From: Lama guanicoe
Taxonomy: Eukaryota
Length of the DNA stretch: 64,000 nt
Direction of reading: 5' to 3'
Assembly (NCBI GenBank): GCA_013239625.1
Contig: MU053557.1
Location: 4,370,123-4,434,122 of the forward strand
Shown here: positions 51,158-63,334 of the stretch, piece by piece
Position numbering within the stretch: position 1 is the stretch's first letter
Layout: each line of letters starts with the position of its first letter
Notes under the pieces: generated by a model
What the model saw: only the letters and a program-made list of their open reading frames with translations
What the model was told of the DNA's origin: nothing
Databases searched by the model: none
Translations under genes and position numbers: made by a program

Positions 51158-51484
51158 AAAACAAAAACAAACAAACAAACAAAAACAAAGCATAAATACA
51201 GGACAGAAATAGACTCATGGACAGAGAATACAGACTTGTGGTTACCAGGGGGGTAGAGGGTGGGAAGGGATAGACTGGGATTTCAAAATTGTAGAATAGA
51301 TAAACAAGATTACACTGTATAGCACAGGGAAATATACACAAAATGTTATGATAAATCACAGAGAAAAAAATGTGACAATGAGTGTGTATATGTCCATGAA
51401 TGACTGAAAAATTGTGCTGAACATTGGAATTTGACACAACATTGTAAAATGATTATAAATCAATAAAAAATGTTTAAAAAAAAA
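49674..51484 (+). mobile_element. Young 5'-truncated L1 (1.8 kb)
   Basis: 17-bp perfect TSD aagaaatggcaacttgt (49657-49673 / 51485-51501) at a TT/AAGA endonuclease-type site; ORF2 homology; A tail. Confidence 0.98.
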
Positions 51485-52297
51485 AAGAAATGGCAACTTG
51501 TACTGTCTTTTGGGACACGTTTGGAACCCAGCCACCATGTTGTAAGGAAGCCCAGGCAGACTGTGGAGAGGCCACATGGAGAGGCCATATGGACAGGAAC
51601 TGAGAGACCTGACCCCCAGCCCTGGCTGAGCTTATGGACAATAACCAGCACTAACCTGACAGCTATATGAGTGAGCCATCTTGAAAGTGGATTCTCCATC
51701 CACTCGTCAAGCCACTTCAGCTGATGCCGCAAAGAAAAGACAAATGAGCCTCTCTTGCTGAGTCCTGCTCAGATTGTAGATTCCTGAAGTAAACAAATGA
51801 TTGTTACTGTTTTCAAGTCTGTAAAGTTTGGAGAAGTTTCTTACACACCATTAGATTACCAGGAATGTAGGGAAACAGGAAACTGCTCAAGAACTTTGAG
51901 TTTTAAGAATTTTTTTTCTAATTAAAGTTTTCTGTTTAGTGGGGACTGTCACAGTAATTTATTTCATAGAGTTGATCTGAGAACTGAACAAGAGTGGAAG
52001 TAAAGTGCTTTGCACAGTGTTAGGTATTTAATAAACTCTCAACAAGTGTTAGGTGTTACTGTTGCTGTTATTTTTTGAGTTTAGAGGAAAGGAAGGGGAT
52101 GTAAGAAAACTGTAGCAGGAGTCATAGGATGAGTTAATGTTCACTTGGACTGGAATGTTGACAGGAGTGAATATATGGGGAAGCTAATTAGGATGCAGAA
52201 TTGACAGGCAGCCGAAACTGATGGATGTAAAGCGTGAGGACGAGAAAACACTCAAGAATAACTCCAAGGCTTCTGACCTTAGAACTGGGTCAACAAG

Positions 52298-52620
52298 TGT
52301 AGTGGACAACTGCTGAATTTGCTTTCCCGTATCTTTTCACTGTCCAAATAATTTTTTCTCCCAATTTCCTCTGAGGAATCAACCTGCTTTGATCCTCAAT
52401 CCATTTGCTTTGAGCAGGGCTGATTCTCTCTACCTCCTTCTCCAGGTTGGATGTATTTACCTAAGCCTAAGCTCATCTCCCATTTAAGTGGTTCCAGGGT
52501 TGGATAGGACCCGAACAGGCCATCAGAACCAACAAGACTTAGTTTTAGGGCTTTTTGTTTGTTTGGCTTTGGAGAAGTAATCTCTCTCTTTATGTTGGAA
52601 ATTGAACCTGTAACTCTATA
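52298..52620 (+). mobile_element. Old MaLR/ERVL LTR fragment
   Basis: Starts 'tgtagtggac'; 'cccaatttcctctgaggaatc...ctcaatccatttgctttgagcagggctga'. Confidence 0.5.
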
Positions 52621-53169
52621 GAACAGTAACAGGACATTGAACCTTCACTTCTTAAGCAATGACAGTTCTTGGCATTGGGGAGCTCAGGGTCGAGCCTTCT
52701 CTGACTAGAGCAAAGCAAGACCAATCAGTGGAGCAGCCCCCTGATGCCTCTAAAGATCTCTGTGCTACAGCTGGGGTCTGTAGGAGCTGCAGTGACCTGA
52801 TCAGCTAGGTGGTATGATCAGCTAGGATATCTGCCAGGATTGGACATTGCCTTTTAGGAATGGTTTCAGCAAACTTAGAAGAGTCTTGCTGGGGAAAAGT
52901 CTAAAGCATTGGAGTCTCCAGACCTGATGCTTGGAAGGTCTCTAGTCAGATTTCACTGCCTTGCAAGAATGAGAGGCTTCACTTAATCTCCTGTAGAATG
53001 ACGGACTGAAGGAGACAAGAGAGCCATGCAGATTCCAAGTCTGGATTCCTAAGTTTCAATTTCTTCACATCTCTATCAGCCCCACTGTTCCTCCTGTAGA
53101 GTCACTTCAGGCTCCCTTCCCCTCTCTCCTGGAGTCCCAGGAGTCTCCCAGATTCAGGCCTTACAATTA

Positions 53170-53720
53170 ACCACAGGGCCTTCAAAAGGATCCTTCTAAC
53201 ATGCAAATCCAACCATGGCACTCCCTTGCCTATAACATTTAATGAATCCTCCTGTCTTGGGTTTCAAACCAAGCTTCATCAAGGAGCACAAGGACCGTGA
53301 CCTGGCACCTGACCACCTGTCCAGTATCATCTCTGGCCTCCTGTCCCCCTTTGCAGTCTAGTAACAGTGGCCACGTCAAACATCTCAGACAGCGTGTAGG
53401 ATGCTGAATGTGGAGGCTATTTCACATCTCTGTGTCTTTAGCCCAAACACCCTTCCTTCTCTGTCTATCTGTTAAAGACTCATTTATCTTTTAAAACCAT
53501 ACCCAGGCAACACTTCTCCTGGGAAGCCTTCCCTGACAGCCCCAAATCCTTGTCTTGTTCTGGTTTTGTACTTTCTTCCACTGTATACGTTACAGGGTGC
53601 TGTGTTTACTCACTGTGTGTGTCTTCCCTATTAAAAGTCCAGATGCTGAGTGGCTGGGATTGTGTCTTACTCATCTTCATCCCCAGTTCTTGCAATGGAA
53701 TCTGGAATGTGGTACGGCAT
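53170..53720 (+). mobile_element. L2 LINE 3' fragment
   Basis: 'ccttctaacatgcaaatccaaccatggcactccc', 'cacttctcctgggaagccttccctgac', 'tgtgtcttactcatcttcatcccca'. Confidence 0.75.
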
Positions 53721-54379
53721 TTCTCAGGGGGGTTTTGATGACTCTTCAAACTATAGCTCCATTGTTATCATTGAATTATAACTGTCAAGAGACTCTCTTA
53801 TCACTGTTATTGCTTATGTGCATACATGAAGTAAGCAACTATTAGGATAAGCATAACTAAAATCCTATAACTGCTTTATGAAGAAGGCTATTTTCTTTGA
53901 CCCTTGCAACAGGGAGCTTGACAGATAAAAGGCTCCCTCAAGCCCACAGCCCTACCCACAGACCAGCACAGAAGTCTCAAAACAGGGAGGCTATGTTAGA
54001 CCTACTCTTGATATTTATTTTTATCTCAGTTTTTAAATTTTTTTATGTGTTTTATAATATACTTGATAGTATCTTGATGCATGCAATTTATAAATAAGTA
54101 AATATACATGTATTATGGAAGAGTACTTAAAATTATTTTACTGATAGAGGGCATGATCAAAGACGTTTGGAGACACTGTGTTAGGGACCACGGGCTCCAT
54201 GTTCGAGCACTGGAACAAGGAAGCTGATGTGATCTGCCAGCAAGTGGCAGGGTGTGTATTTTATAGTTTGGTGACAAATATCTGGCTGGGTTACATGCCT
54301 GAACTCATTTCCCATTTCCCCATTTTTCCTATTCTTGTTTACCAATTACTAGTAGTGGCAGCGGTGCCAGTTAGCAGGA

Positions 54380-54570
54380 AGTGAGTACTTGCTTTGTGCC
54401 AGGCACTGTGTTAAACGTTTTTGCACATTATCTCATTTAACATGCATAACAACTCTATGAGGTAGGCACTATTAGCCCTGATTTACAAATGAGGAAATGA
54501 AAGTGAAAAAACTCACCCAAGATCACAGAGCTACAAGTGGCACAGCCAAGATGGAGTCCTTAGCTGCGTA
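54380..54570 (-). mobile_element. MIR SINE
   Basis: 'gtgccaggcactgtgttaaacg...attatctcatttaa...aacaactctatgaggtaggcactatta...ttacaaatgaggaaatga'. Confidence 0.9.
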
Positions 54571-55999
54571 GGAGCTCCTTGAATAAGCAGGGTGGAGCTG
54601 AGGGTAGTTCTGGATTCAAATACAGACTCTTGTCGTTTATTAGCAGTCTATACAAAAGTACTGTCTCTCCTTAGAGATACATGACACGTTGTTTTAATGT
54701 CTAGTCCAAAGCCTGTAATGGCCCTCCCAGGCAGAGACAAATGAAACATAGTGTACACAGGAGCCTGTATTTCTGAAGGATGCTGTGTGCCTCACATTAC
54801 CAATGGGAAACGGCTCTTATAAACAGCATGATTCTTCACCACCACTCCCCACCACCACTCTCATCATGGAAAGATGCCCAAAGTCCTAAGTGAGTCTCAA
54901 GTGAAAAGCACAGTGAACCAGCATGCCTTGTCTTCTGATGACACGACCACACTGAGTTGTTTATTTGAAGCCAGCAACTGAGAGAAGGCAGGGAGGGTGA
55001 ACGATCTTTCAAGGTAGGCAGCAAAACAACACTAGAGCAGCCAACAAATGCTCTCACTCCCTCTAGCAGCCCTGGGGACACAGGTCCGGGTTTTGCTCTC
55101 CACATCCTAGTGTACTCACTTTGTGCTTTGCCACTCTCCTGTAGGTCCCAGTCCCTCAAGGGTAAAAACAAACAAAGCTCACCTTCCCACCTAACATTTG
55201 CATCGTGCACCTTGTTAGCCAGTTTTCCCATCCCCCACTGCCTCTTGGCATATGCCACCACTCCACTCCACCCCGGAAATTCTTAGCAGGGACAGAGGAG
55301 GTCAGTGAATCCCTGTGATGATGAAACAACGACTTGGCCAAGGTCACCCTGTGACGGAATTAAAAATGAAACTGAAGTTTGATATCTGTCTACTGCCATC
55401 CAAGGAGGACCCCACTGGGTTCAGAACCTGACCCGGATGCCTGAGGAGTGTCAGGTTCGTAGTGTACTTAAGAGCTTAGCTGAGACACAGTATTCTCTTT
55501 TCCTTCCCTCTTCTCAAGGAATGGGGTCTGGCTAGGGGTGTAGTGGCTGTTTCCCAGGCATTCATCTTGGGTTGTTTTATTTTTGGCGCCCAGGCTGGGG
55601 GCAGGCCAGGGGACTCGACTAGCAGGATACCCCATCCTGCTGCTAGGAATAAAATTAGGAAGCGTTCTGCCTCCCGCTGAGCCCAGGCTGTGATTGCCAC
55701 AAAGCAAAGAATGAACACAGATCATCAGAGCAGAAAGAGTCGTTGGCAAGGATGATGAAGTTGATGATGATGACAAAGAAAATTATTATAGTAACATCAG
55801 CTAGTATTATTGAAGCTTGACTACATCAGGCACTGTGATAAGCACTTTACATGAATTAGTTCACATAATCTAACCTCGAGTTATTATTGCTGACACATTT
55901 ATACATTTGAGGAAATGGAGTGGTTAACTTAGTTGCCTTAAATCATGCAGATTGAAGGTGGCAAGGCTCAAAATTATGTCATCCTATTTTAATTCTCTA

Positions 56000-56180
56000 C
56001 ACATCACTTACCACTGTCTGGTATGTCATTCATTCATTCATTCATTCATTTGCTTAGGGTCAGAACCTCCCAACTAGAGTGCAGACAACATGAGATTGGG
56101 AACTTGTCTGTCTTGCTTACTGCCATGTGCTTAGTGTTGAAAAGAGTGCCTGGAATGTTGTAAGGTTTCAATAAATGTTT
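56000..56180 (+). mobile_element. L2 3' end with (TTCA)n
   Basis: 'caactagagtgcagacaacatgag...ttgtctgtcttgcttactg...agagtgcctggaatgttgtaaggtttcaataaatgtttg'. Confidence 0.75.
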
Positions 56181-56914
56181 GCAAAATATTGGATATTTGC
56201 AAAAGGAGATGGAACCTTGAATCCCACTTCACTATGAATCAGGTATCAAGTCATTTCCTTCATTCGGATCTTTGTTTTCCTAAGTTTTTGAAATGAGAGC
56301 TGTTCCCAAAGCTAGCTACTTTCACGTTCTCCATCACCATAAATCAGCTTGGCCAATTTCTGAAATTCCTACAAATAAAAATATAAGCCTTAAATATCTT
56401 TTATAGCTAGCTTTTGGACTCAGTGGTCTATCTGTGAAATTCATCCATATTGTCTCACATAGTAATAGTGTGTTTTTTGCATTGCTGTGTGTTACTGTTT
56501 GAATATGTCAAAATATACATATTCATTCTATACATGTTGAGGGGCAGTGGTGACAATAGACCTGTGGTTTAGAAATTTTGTTCCCTGAAACACCCCTCCC
56601 CTACCAGGGGTAGCATGAGGGAGGGGCCAAAAGAGCCAAGTCTTTTTGTCCCTTCCTCTTGCCTGTACCCCCTCCAACTACAGCAGTTTCTGGTTTTATC
56701 TATTTTATAGATTGGCATCCAAATATCTAGGTACTAGGTGAGTCTGAGGAAGGGTGATGCAGCGAAGCTGGGGAACCCTGGAATCAGAGCCCACAGCCGG
56801 CAAAGCCCAGTGCTTAAGCTACTCTGAAGGCTGCCTGAGAAGCATTGCAACCTTCCAGTTGGAGTAGCTGCACCCTGCCCTTCAGGATTTAACTAAGGTT
56901 CACTGCTGTGCTTA

Positions 56915-57605
56915 TGTCTAGCTTCCATGAGAACAGCTAGAAAGCTGGATAAAACACAAGATTTAAAAAAAAAATTCTGTTTCAAAGCATTAAAGAGTAA
57001 CCAGGACTTGCGGGATCAAGATCCTAGAAAGAAAGAGATGAGCCCCCTTTTGTTTTTTCCCTTTGGGCATTTACTGCATCTTAGGGTATCAGAGCAAGAG
57101 GCTAAAAAGCCAAGCAGGTGTTTGAAAAGCTCAGCAGATTTAACACTCTCGAGGTGTTAGGGAAACAAAAACTGGCATCCAGAAGCAAACAAGGCAAACA
57201 GGGCCTGATAAAGACCTCAAGTCCCACTTAGACCCCTGGAGGGCCATGTCCTAGGGATGTAGGGACGGTAGAGGTAGAGCAAATCTAACAAGGGCTAAAA
57301 CCCAGCCTCGACTCAGTCAAGGCCCTACCTGAATTGAATTCATCTATCCGTCTGCCAGAATAACAGGTGAATCTGTAATGTCTTATACACTGGATATATC
57401 TTGCATAACAAGAAACAGGACCAAGAGGGAAAAAAGACACCAGAGTCCAGTCCATAGGTAATGCAGATACTGCAGTTATCAGACATACACATACACTTAC
57501 AAATAGCTGTGATTAACATGTTCAAGAAAGTAGATGACCAGATGGAGAATTTCACCAGAGAGTTGAAATCTGTGAAACAAATCAAGCATGTTCTAGAATT
57601 GAAAG
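56915..57605 (+). mobile_element. Ancient L1M 5'/ORF1 remnant
   Basis: 'aacagctagaaagctggataaaa' and 'cagatactgcagttatcagaca...aatagctgtgattaacatgttcaagaaa...gatggagaatttcaccagagagttgaaatct'. Confidence 0.65.
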
Positions 57606-59274
57606 ACCCAAGAGCAGAAAGGACTCTGACCGACCTGTGACCACATTCCCACAACATCTATACTTTGCCAGGGATACCCACTCTTGGTTGGGAGGTAAGA
57701 GGAACCAAGGAGTGGAAAGAGAAAAAGAAAAACCGACCAAGATTCATAAGAAGCTCCAAATCCCAGCTTCCTCCTCTGCTGTCCAAATATGACTTTGGAG
57801 CCCTGGTCACGAGGCCTGAAGTTGGCATGAGCAGTCGCTCTCGAATGAATGCCCAAAAAGCCTTGAGATTTCATGGACATGAGTCAGGAGCCATTGGGAG
57901 AGATAAGGGGCTCAAGGGCTGACATCAGTAGCCCTGCAGTTAAGTTCATAACGGTCTTTTATACCCAACTTCAAAATCCTCTCTATACCGTCTCTAGAAG
58001 TGGTCATGTACTCTTGCCTGGAGTCCCTGTGAGGCTGGGAAGGCTCGCACTTTATAAGGCAGCTCATTTTTCTTTTTCTGAGATGCCACCTATTAATACC
58101 GTTTTCCTTCAAGTGTCCAGACCCACCGTTCAAACGGCTACTTGCCTCTCCAGCCTCCTCTCCCCCCACCATGTATACTCCACATCTCAGCTAAACCAAG
58201 TTTTCTCCAGATCCTCTCTGTACCAGGCTCTTGCCAACAAGGCCTTGCATATGCGATCTTCTCATCCAGAATGCTTTAATCACCCGCTCTTGGCTCCTGT
58301 AATTCTTATTTAGCATCTAGTCTTGGTTTTCGTCCTTTTTAGGGCGAGGGAGAATTTTAGTGATCTCCCACTTCCTAATCTATATGAAATGCCTATGTGT
58401 TCAACAGCACCCTATACATCCCCCACCACCACAAGTGCCACCCTGGACTGTGACTGTCCACTTGCTTGTCTTCCTATAGCTTTGTGTTGGGGGGACCATT
58501 GCCTGTGCTGTTCATTGCAGGCATAGAGACTGCAGGTGCCTGGCGTGTTCTAAGGGGCTTAATAAGCAGGAATGAATAGCAGGGCACTTAGCACAACACC
58601 TATCACATTGGAGGCATGCATTCATTTTTGTCTTTGAGCACAGAACTAGGAGCTCAGAGACCTGGAACAACTCCCAAATCTGTTATTAACTCTGGAATTA
58701 CCGGTGGCAAGAAAGCCACCTTCCCTTCTTAGGCCAGTTTCTCTGTCTGGAAAAGGAGTACATTGGGTTAGCTCTAGAGCAGTCCTCACAGCTTTTATTC
58801 TGTCTTTCTGCTCTCGGGAGAAGGCCCCTAAGCAAGGATGGGCGAGGCCCAGAGCCCTGTACCATGGGTCTGTGTTGGCAGCACCAGCAGATTCAGCTGC
58901 TGGCTGCCAGCCCCTCTCTGCGAGTCCACTGTCTGCAGCCAGTGATAAGACTTGCTGGTAACGTGGAGGAACATTCTGAGAAAATGAAACTTCATTCTTC
59001 AGCAATAGGAAGCCTATGTGAAAGGAGACTTGGGGTAAGGCCTGGGGATACATTCCTGCAGCAAAGTTCCAGATTAATAAGACTTCAGTTCTCTGGGCCT
59101 GTGGATCCTGTCCTTCCCAAAGAGAGGCCAGAATCTTAAATGCACAGCCACTGACTCCAAGCATGGCATTTCCTTATTCCCCTGGGATTCCATTTCTTCT
59201 GTGCTGGGTCTCATAGTGGCTAAGACAAATATAGAATAAACGGTTTGCCTTCAGGCCTGTAACTTAAAACAGGC

Positions 59275-59465
59275 TGTGTGGTGTGGTGGATGGAAGTGCA
59301 TCTCACGGGGAGATATGAGGCCAAGTTCTACACCTGCCTCTGTACATAACTAACCTATAACGTGACCCTGAGGGCAGCTCTGGCCCCCTCTGGGCATCAG
59401 TTTCCTCATCTATGAAATGAGAGGGCTCTCCAGTTGCCTTCTGGCTCTAACATTCTCAGGTTCTA
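59275..59465 (+). mobile_element. MIR (MIR3/MIRc-like)
   Basis: 'gtgtggtgtggtggatgga...gtgaccctga...ccctctgggcatcagtttcctcatctatgaaatgagaggg'. Confidence 0.8.
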
Positions 59466-60145
59466 AGACAAGGCTGAAGGTGGTCCCTGACTACCTCCAA
59501 AACAAAGCCCAAAGGAACATGAACAGAAATGCTTCCTTCTCATCTTGCTTCACAGTTTTTTTACTCTGCTCTTTCTCCACTGAGTTGTGCCCCAAAATAG
59601 TCTCATGGAATCAATTAAGGGGTACATAGAGCAGACAATTTAATTCATGTTTCTTATAAAACATTTGGCTCCCAAGCTAGTAAGACAGCATCAGAGAATA
59701 TAAAACTTTATTTAATAAGAACAATGTACTAAAAATATCCTTTACTGAGCCATTGGGGTAATTAAAAGGGCACCAGTTCTCCTGGAACCAGAATCAGGAG
59801 TTCCAGCTGCTCATCGCTGTTCAGCCACAGCCTCACTTCTTCAATTTGATCTCAGTTTTGCCACGTGTACAAAGTTTTCCCTACGTCCTTCTTGACTCTA
59901 CTATTGTGGAATTCTATTATATAGAATAAGTTTTCCCAAGGTTGTGTGGGGCTTTCCCTGGTCGATGTGGGTGATCTATTATTTGTTTGTTTTGTGGTTT
60001 GTTGTTGCTATTGTTACTGTTTTGCTTATCTTGCTACTGCCAGTGCAGTCAACACTTCAAGCCAGGAAACATTTCTCATCAGTCAGATCAGACACATCTC
60101 AGTAATCACATCAGATGCTCGCTTCTATTAAAATGTCATGAGGCC

Positions 60146-61648
60146 CAATACAGTAATCAAAATAGCATGGAATTGGCACAAAAACAGACACACGGATCAA
60201 TGGAACCAAACAGAGAGCCCAGAAATAAACCCACACACTTACAGTCAATTAGTCTTCGACAAAGGAGGCAAGAATATACAATGGAGAAAAGACAGTCTCT
60301 TCAGCAAGTGATGTTGGGAAAACTGGACAGCCTCGTGTAAATCAATGAAGAACACTCCCCACACCATACACAAAAATAAACTTAAAATGGCCTAAAGACT
60401 TAAACATAAGACAAGACACTATACACCTCCTAGAAGAAAATATAGGCAAAACATCCTCTGACATAAAACTTAGCAATGTTCTCCTAGGGCAGTCTACCCA
60501 GGCAATGGAAACAAAAGCAAAAATAAACAAAAGGGACCTAATTAAACTTGTAAGCTTTTCACAGCAAAGGAAACCATAAGCAAAACAAAATGACAACCTA
60601 TGGAATGGGAGAAAATATTTTCAAAAGATGCGACTGACAAAGGCTTAATTTCCAGAATATATAAACAGCTCGTACAACTTAATAACAACAATAACAACAA
60701 CAACAAAAAACCCAATTGAAAAATGGGCAGAAGACCTAAACAAGCAATTCTCCAGTGAAGACATACAAATGGCCAATAGGCACACGAAAAAATGCTCAAT
60801 ATTGCTAATTATCAGAGAAATGCAAATCACAACTACAATGAGGTATCATTTTACACCAGTGAGAATGGCCATCATTCAAAAGTCCACAAACAATAAATGC
60901 TGGAGAGGCTGTGGAGAAAAGGGAACTCCCTGTACTACTGTGGGAAGGTAGTTTGGTGCAGCCATTATGGAAAACAGTATGGAGATGCCTCAAAAGACTA
61001 AAAATAGACTTACTATATGATCTAGTAATCCCACTCCTGGGCATATATCTGGAGGGAACTCTAATTAGAAAAGATACATGCACCCCAATGTTCATAGCAG
61101 CATCATATACAACAGCCAAGACATGGAGACAACCTAAATGTCCATCGACAGATGACTGGATGAAGAAGCTGTGGTATGTTTGCACAATGGAGTACTATCA
61201 GCCACAAAAAAGAATAAAATAATGCCATTTGTAGCAACATGGATGGACATGGAGATTGTCATTCTAAGTGAAATAAGCCAGAAAGAGAAAGAAAAATGCC
61301 ATAATATCACTCATATGTGGAATCTAAAAAAAGAAAAGAAGACACTAATGAACTTATCTACAAAACAAACAGACTCACAGACATAGTAAATAAACTTACG
61401 GTTACCAGAGGAGGAAGGGGGTAAGAAGGGATAAATTGGGAGTTTAAGATTTGCAGATACTAACTGCTGTATACTAAATAAATAAACAGCAAGTTTATAT
61501 TGTATAGCACAGGGAACTACATTCAGTATCTTGTAGTAACCTATAATGAAGAAGAATATGAAAACGAATACATGTATGTATATGTATAACCGAAAAATTA
61601 CTCTGTACACCAGAAATTGACACACTGTAAACTAACTTCAATTCTTAA
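60146..61648 (+). mobile_element. 5'-truncated L1 (1.5 kb, ORF2 disrupted)
   Basis: 16-bp TSD aaaatgtcatgaggcc (60130-60145 / 61649-61664); fragmented ORF2 homology; very short A tail; (AAC)n expansion near 60681-60710. Confidence 0.97.
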
Positions 61649-61795
61649 AAAATGTCATGAGGCCAATGCTGAGGAAGGCTCCCAGAGTTGTCTGAGATCC
61701 TGTTACTCCACCCTGAGGCTGAAGTGCTGGTTCATGCCCTGCTCACTGCTCTGGATCAATCACCAATTTCATCTTCCAAACAGGAAATGGACCCA

Positions 61796-62435
61796 TAGCA
61801 AAAAGTTTGGTTAGGACTAGGTTAAACTTAAAAGCTTTTTTTAAATCGCAGAACTTTACAAGGATTTTTAACATGCTAGGGCATACTGTAAACCTCTAAG
61901 AGGAGGGAAAAACTAGTCAGCATTGTCCAAACTTATTCAGACATTGAATCCTCTGGTCTGAGATTTAAATGGTAACCCCAAACATCAGGAAAGATGCCTT
62001 ACCACCTCATTTTCTAAATCCTCTGAGTGGGAAATAAGACCCAGAGATATATTGGTCTTTGTGGGGCTGAACAATTACACCTGGGCTCTGCACACCACAT
62101 ATGAGAGTTCAGAGTCAAGGCTACTTATAAAGGAGTTTTAACAAGAAGGGAGGCTGACTGGAGAAAAATTAGGAAGTAAGGAGGCAGAAGAGAGAAAAAA
62201 GAAGAACTAGAGAAAAAGGAAGTGTGTACCATGAAACACTTAAGGCACCTAAAATGAGTCTTTGAATGAAGAACACAGAGGATTCAATGTCTGAATAAGT
62301 TTGGACAATGCTGACTAGTTTTTCCCTCCTCTTAGAGGTTTACAGTATGCCCTAGCATGTTAAAAATCCTTGTAAAGTTCTGCGATTTAAAAAAAGCTTT
62401 TAAGTTTAACCTAGTCCTAACCAAACTTTTTGCTA
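61796..62435. repeat. Perfect inverted repeat, 160-bp arms, 320-bp spacer
   Basis: 61796-61955 is the exact reverse complement of 62276-62435 by manual comparison, including homopolymer lengths. Confidence 0.95.
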
Positions 62436-62510
62436 CAGAACTCAGTTTCCTCATAATACTTTTTAATATTTGTGGCATAGATAGTCAGAAAAACTAGTCT
62501 AAGGAAACCC
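62220..62510. mobile_element. hAT-Charlie non-autonomous element (Charlie4-like) containing the right IR arm
   Basis: 'agtgtgtaccatgaaacact...aataagtttggacaatgctg...ctcttagaggtttacagtatg...gtttaacctag...ccaaacttttt...acagaac'. Confidence 0.6.
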
Positions 62511-62689
62511 AGGTGCTGGAGTGAAGAGGTATAAATAGGGAACCAGTTCCTGTTTCCAAGGAGCTTACAAAATATTTGCCTACATGTAGGATTTTGCAAG
62601 ATATAAAGACCAGCTGAAGGTAACGGGAAAGGATAGTTATCCTCCAGGGAAGCGATACAGACAGACCATGTTGGATACCCTCTCTTAAT

Positions 62690-63000
62690 TCACAAGTTTC
62701 TGGAGCACCTAGTGTATATGCCAGACACCATGTTGGGCCCTAGGGATACACTGGTGAGCAAGGCAGACACAACCTTCCACTCCAAGAGCTTAACTTTCAG
62801 TGGGAAGAGATAAAAAATAAGTGCACAAGTAAGTAAATGTAGAATGACAAGTCAGAGGAGTGAGCTGAAGGAAAAGAGTGGGGTTCTCTCTCTAATAAAG
62901 TAATGGGAACAACTGCTTGAGCTGGGTCAGCAGTGGTGGTTTTTTGAAGGGTGTGACATTAAAGTTTCCACTTGAAAGACAAGAAGTTGTGCATGATGCA
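62690..63000 (-). mobile_element. L2 fragment
   Basis: 'gagcacctagtgtatatgccagacaccatgttgggccctagggatacactggtgagcaaggcagacac'. Confidence 0.8.
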
Positions 63001-63334
63001 AATGGGGGGAAAGGATCAAAACACACTTTACGGTGCAAGTTAAGGATGTGGGCTTGGCCTTCGAGCACAAGTGGGTTTAAAGAGAGAGAAAAAGGTGTCC
63101 AGTCACTTGTTAATTCAGACAATGTTGTATTGAGCCTCTAAGCTGATTCACTGAGCTAGGGATGAGCTGAAAAGCCTTTGGATTTCCTAGAACATTCCAT
63201 TGAGGAAGATGCAGGAAAGGTATAAACAAATAAAAGAATGAAGTCATTTCAGATAGTGAAGAAAATGCTATGAAGGAAAAAAATAGCAGGGTGATGGGAT
63301 GGGGTGAAGAAGAGGCAGTATTAGAAGATGTGAT

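Larger units (their letters stand above)
49530..51865 (+). mobile_element. MLT1F/G/H-type MaLR LTR split by an L1
   Basis: Left 'ctccaaaattctttggtactcttcccactgagagg...cttgaatctgggc'; right 'gaacccagccaccatgttgtaaggaagccca...atgagtgagccatcttg...agtttgg...ttacacaccattagat'. Confidence 0.75.

Noticed and set aside
55424..55458. 9-bp stem hairpin gaacctgac/gtcaggttc
   Set aside because: Too short to distinguish from chance in 64 kb, with no ncRNA motif.
58646..59164. 172-aa minus-strand ORF
   Set aside because: No recognisable homology or convincing splice signals; the length is compatible with chance.
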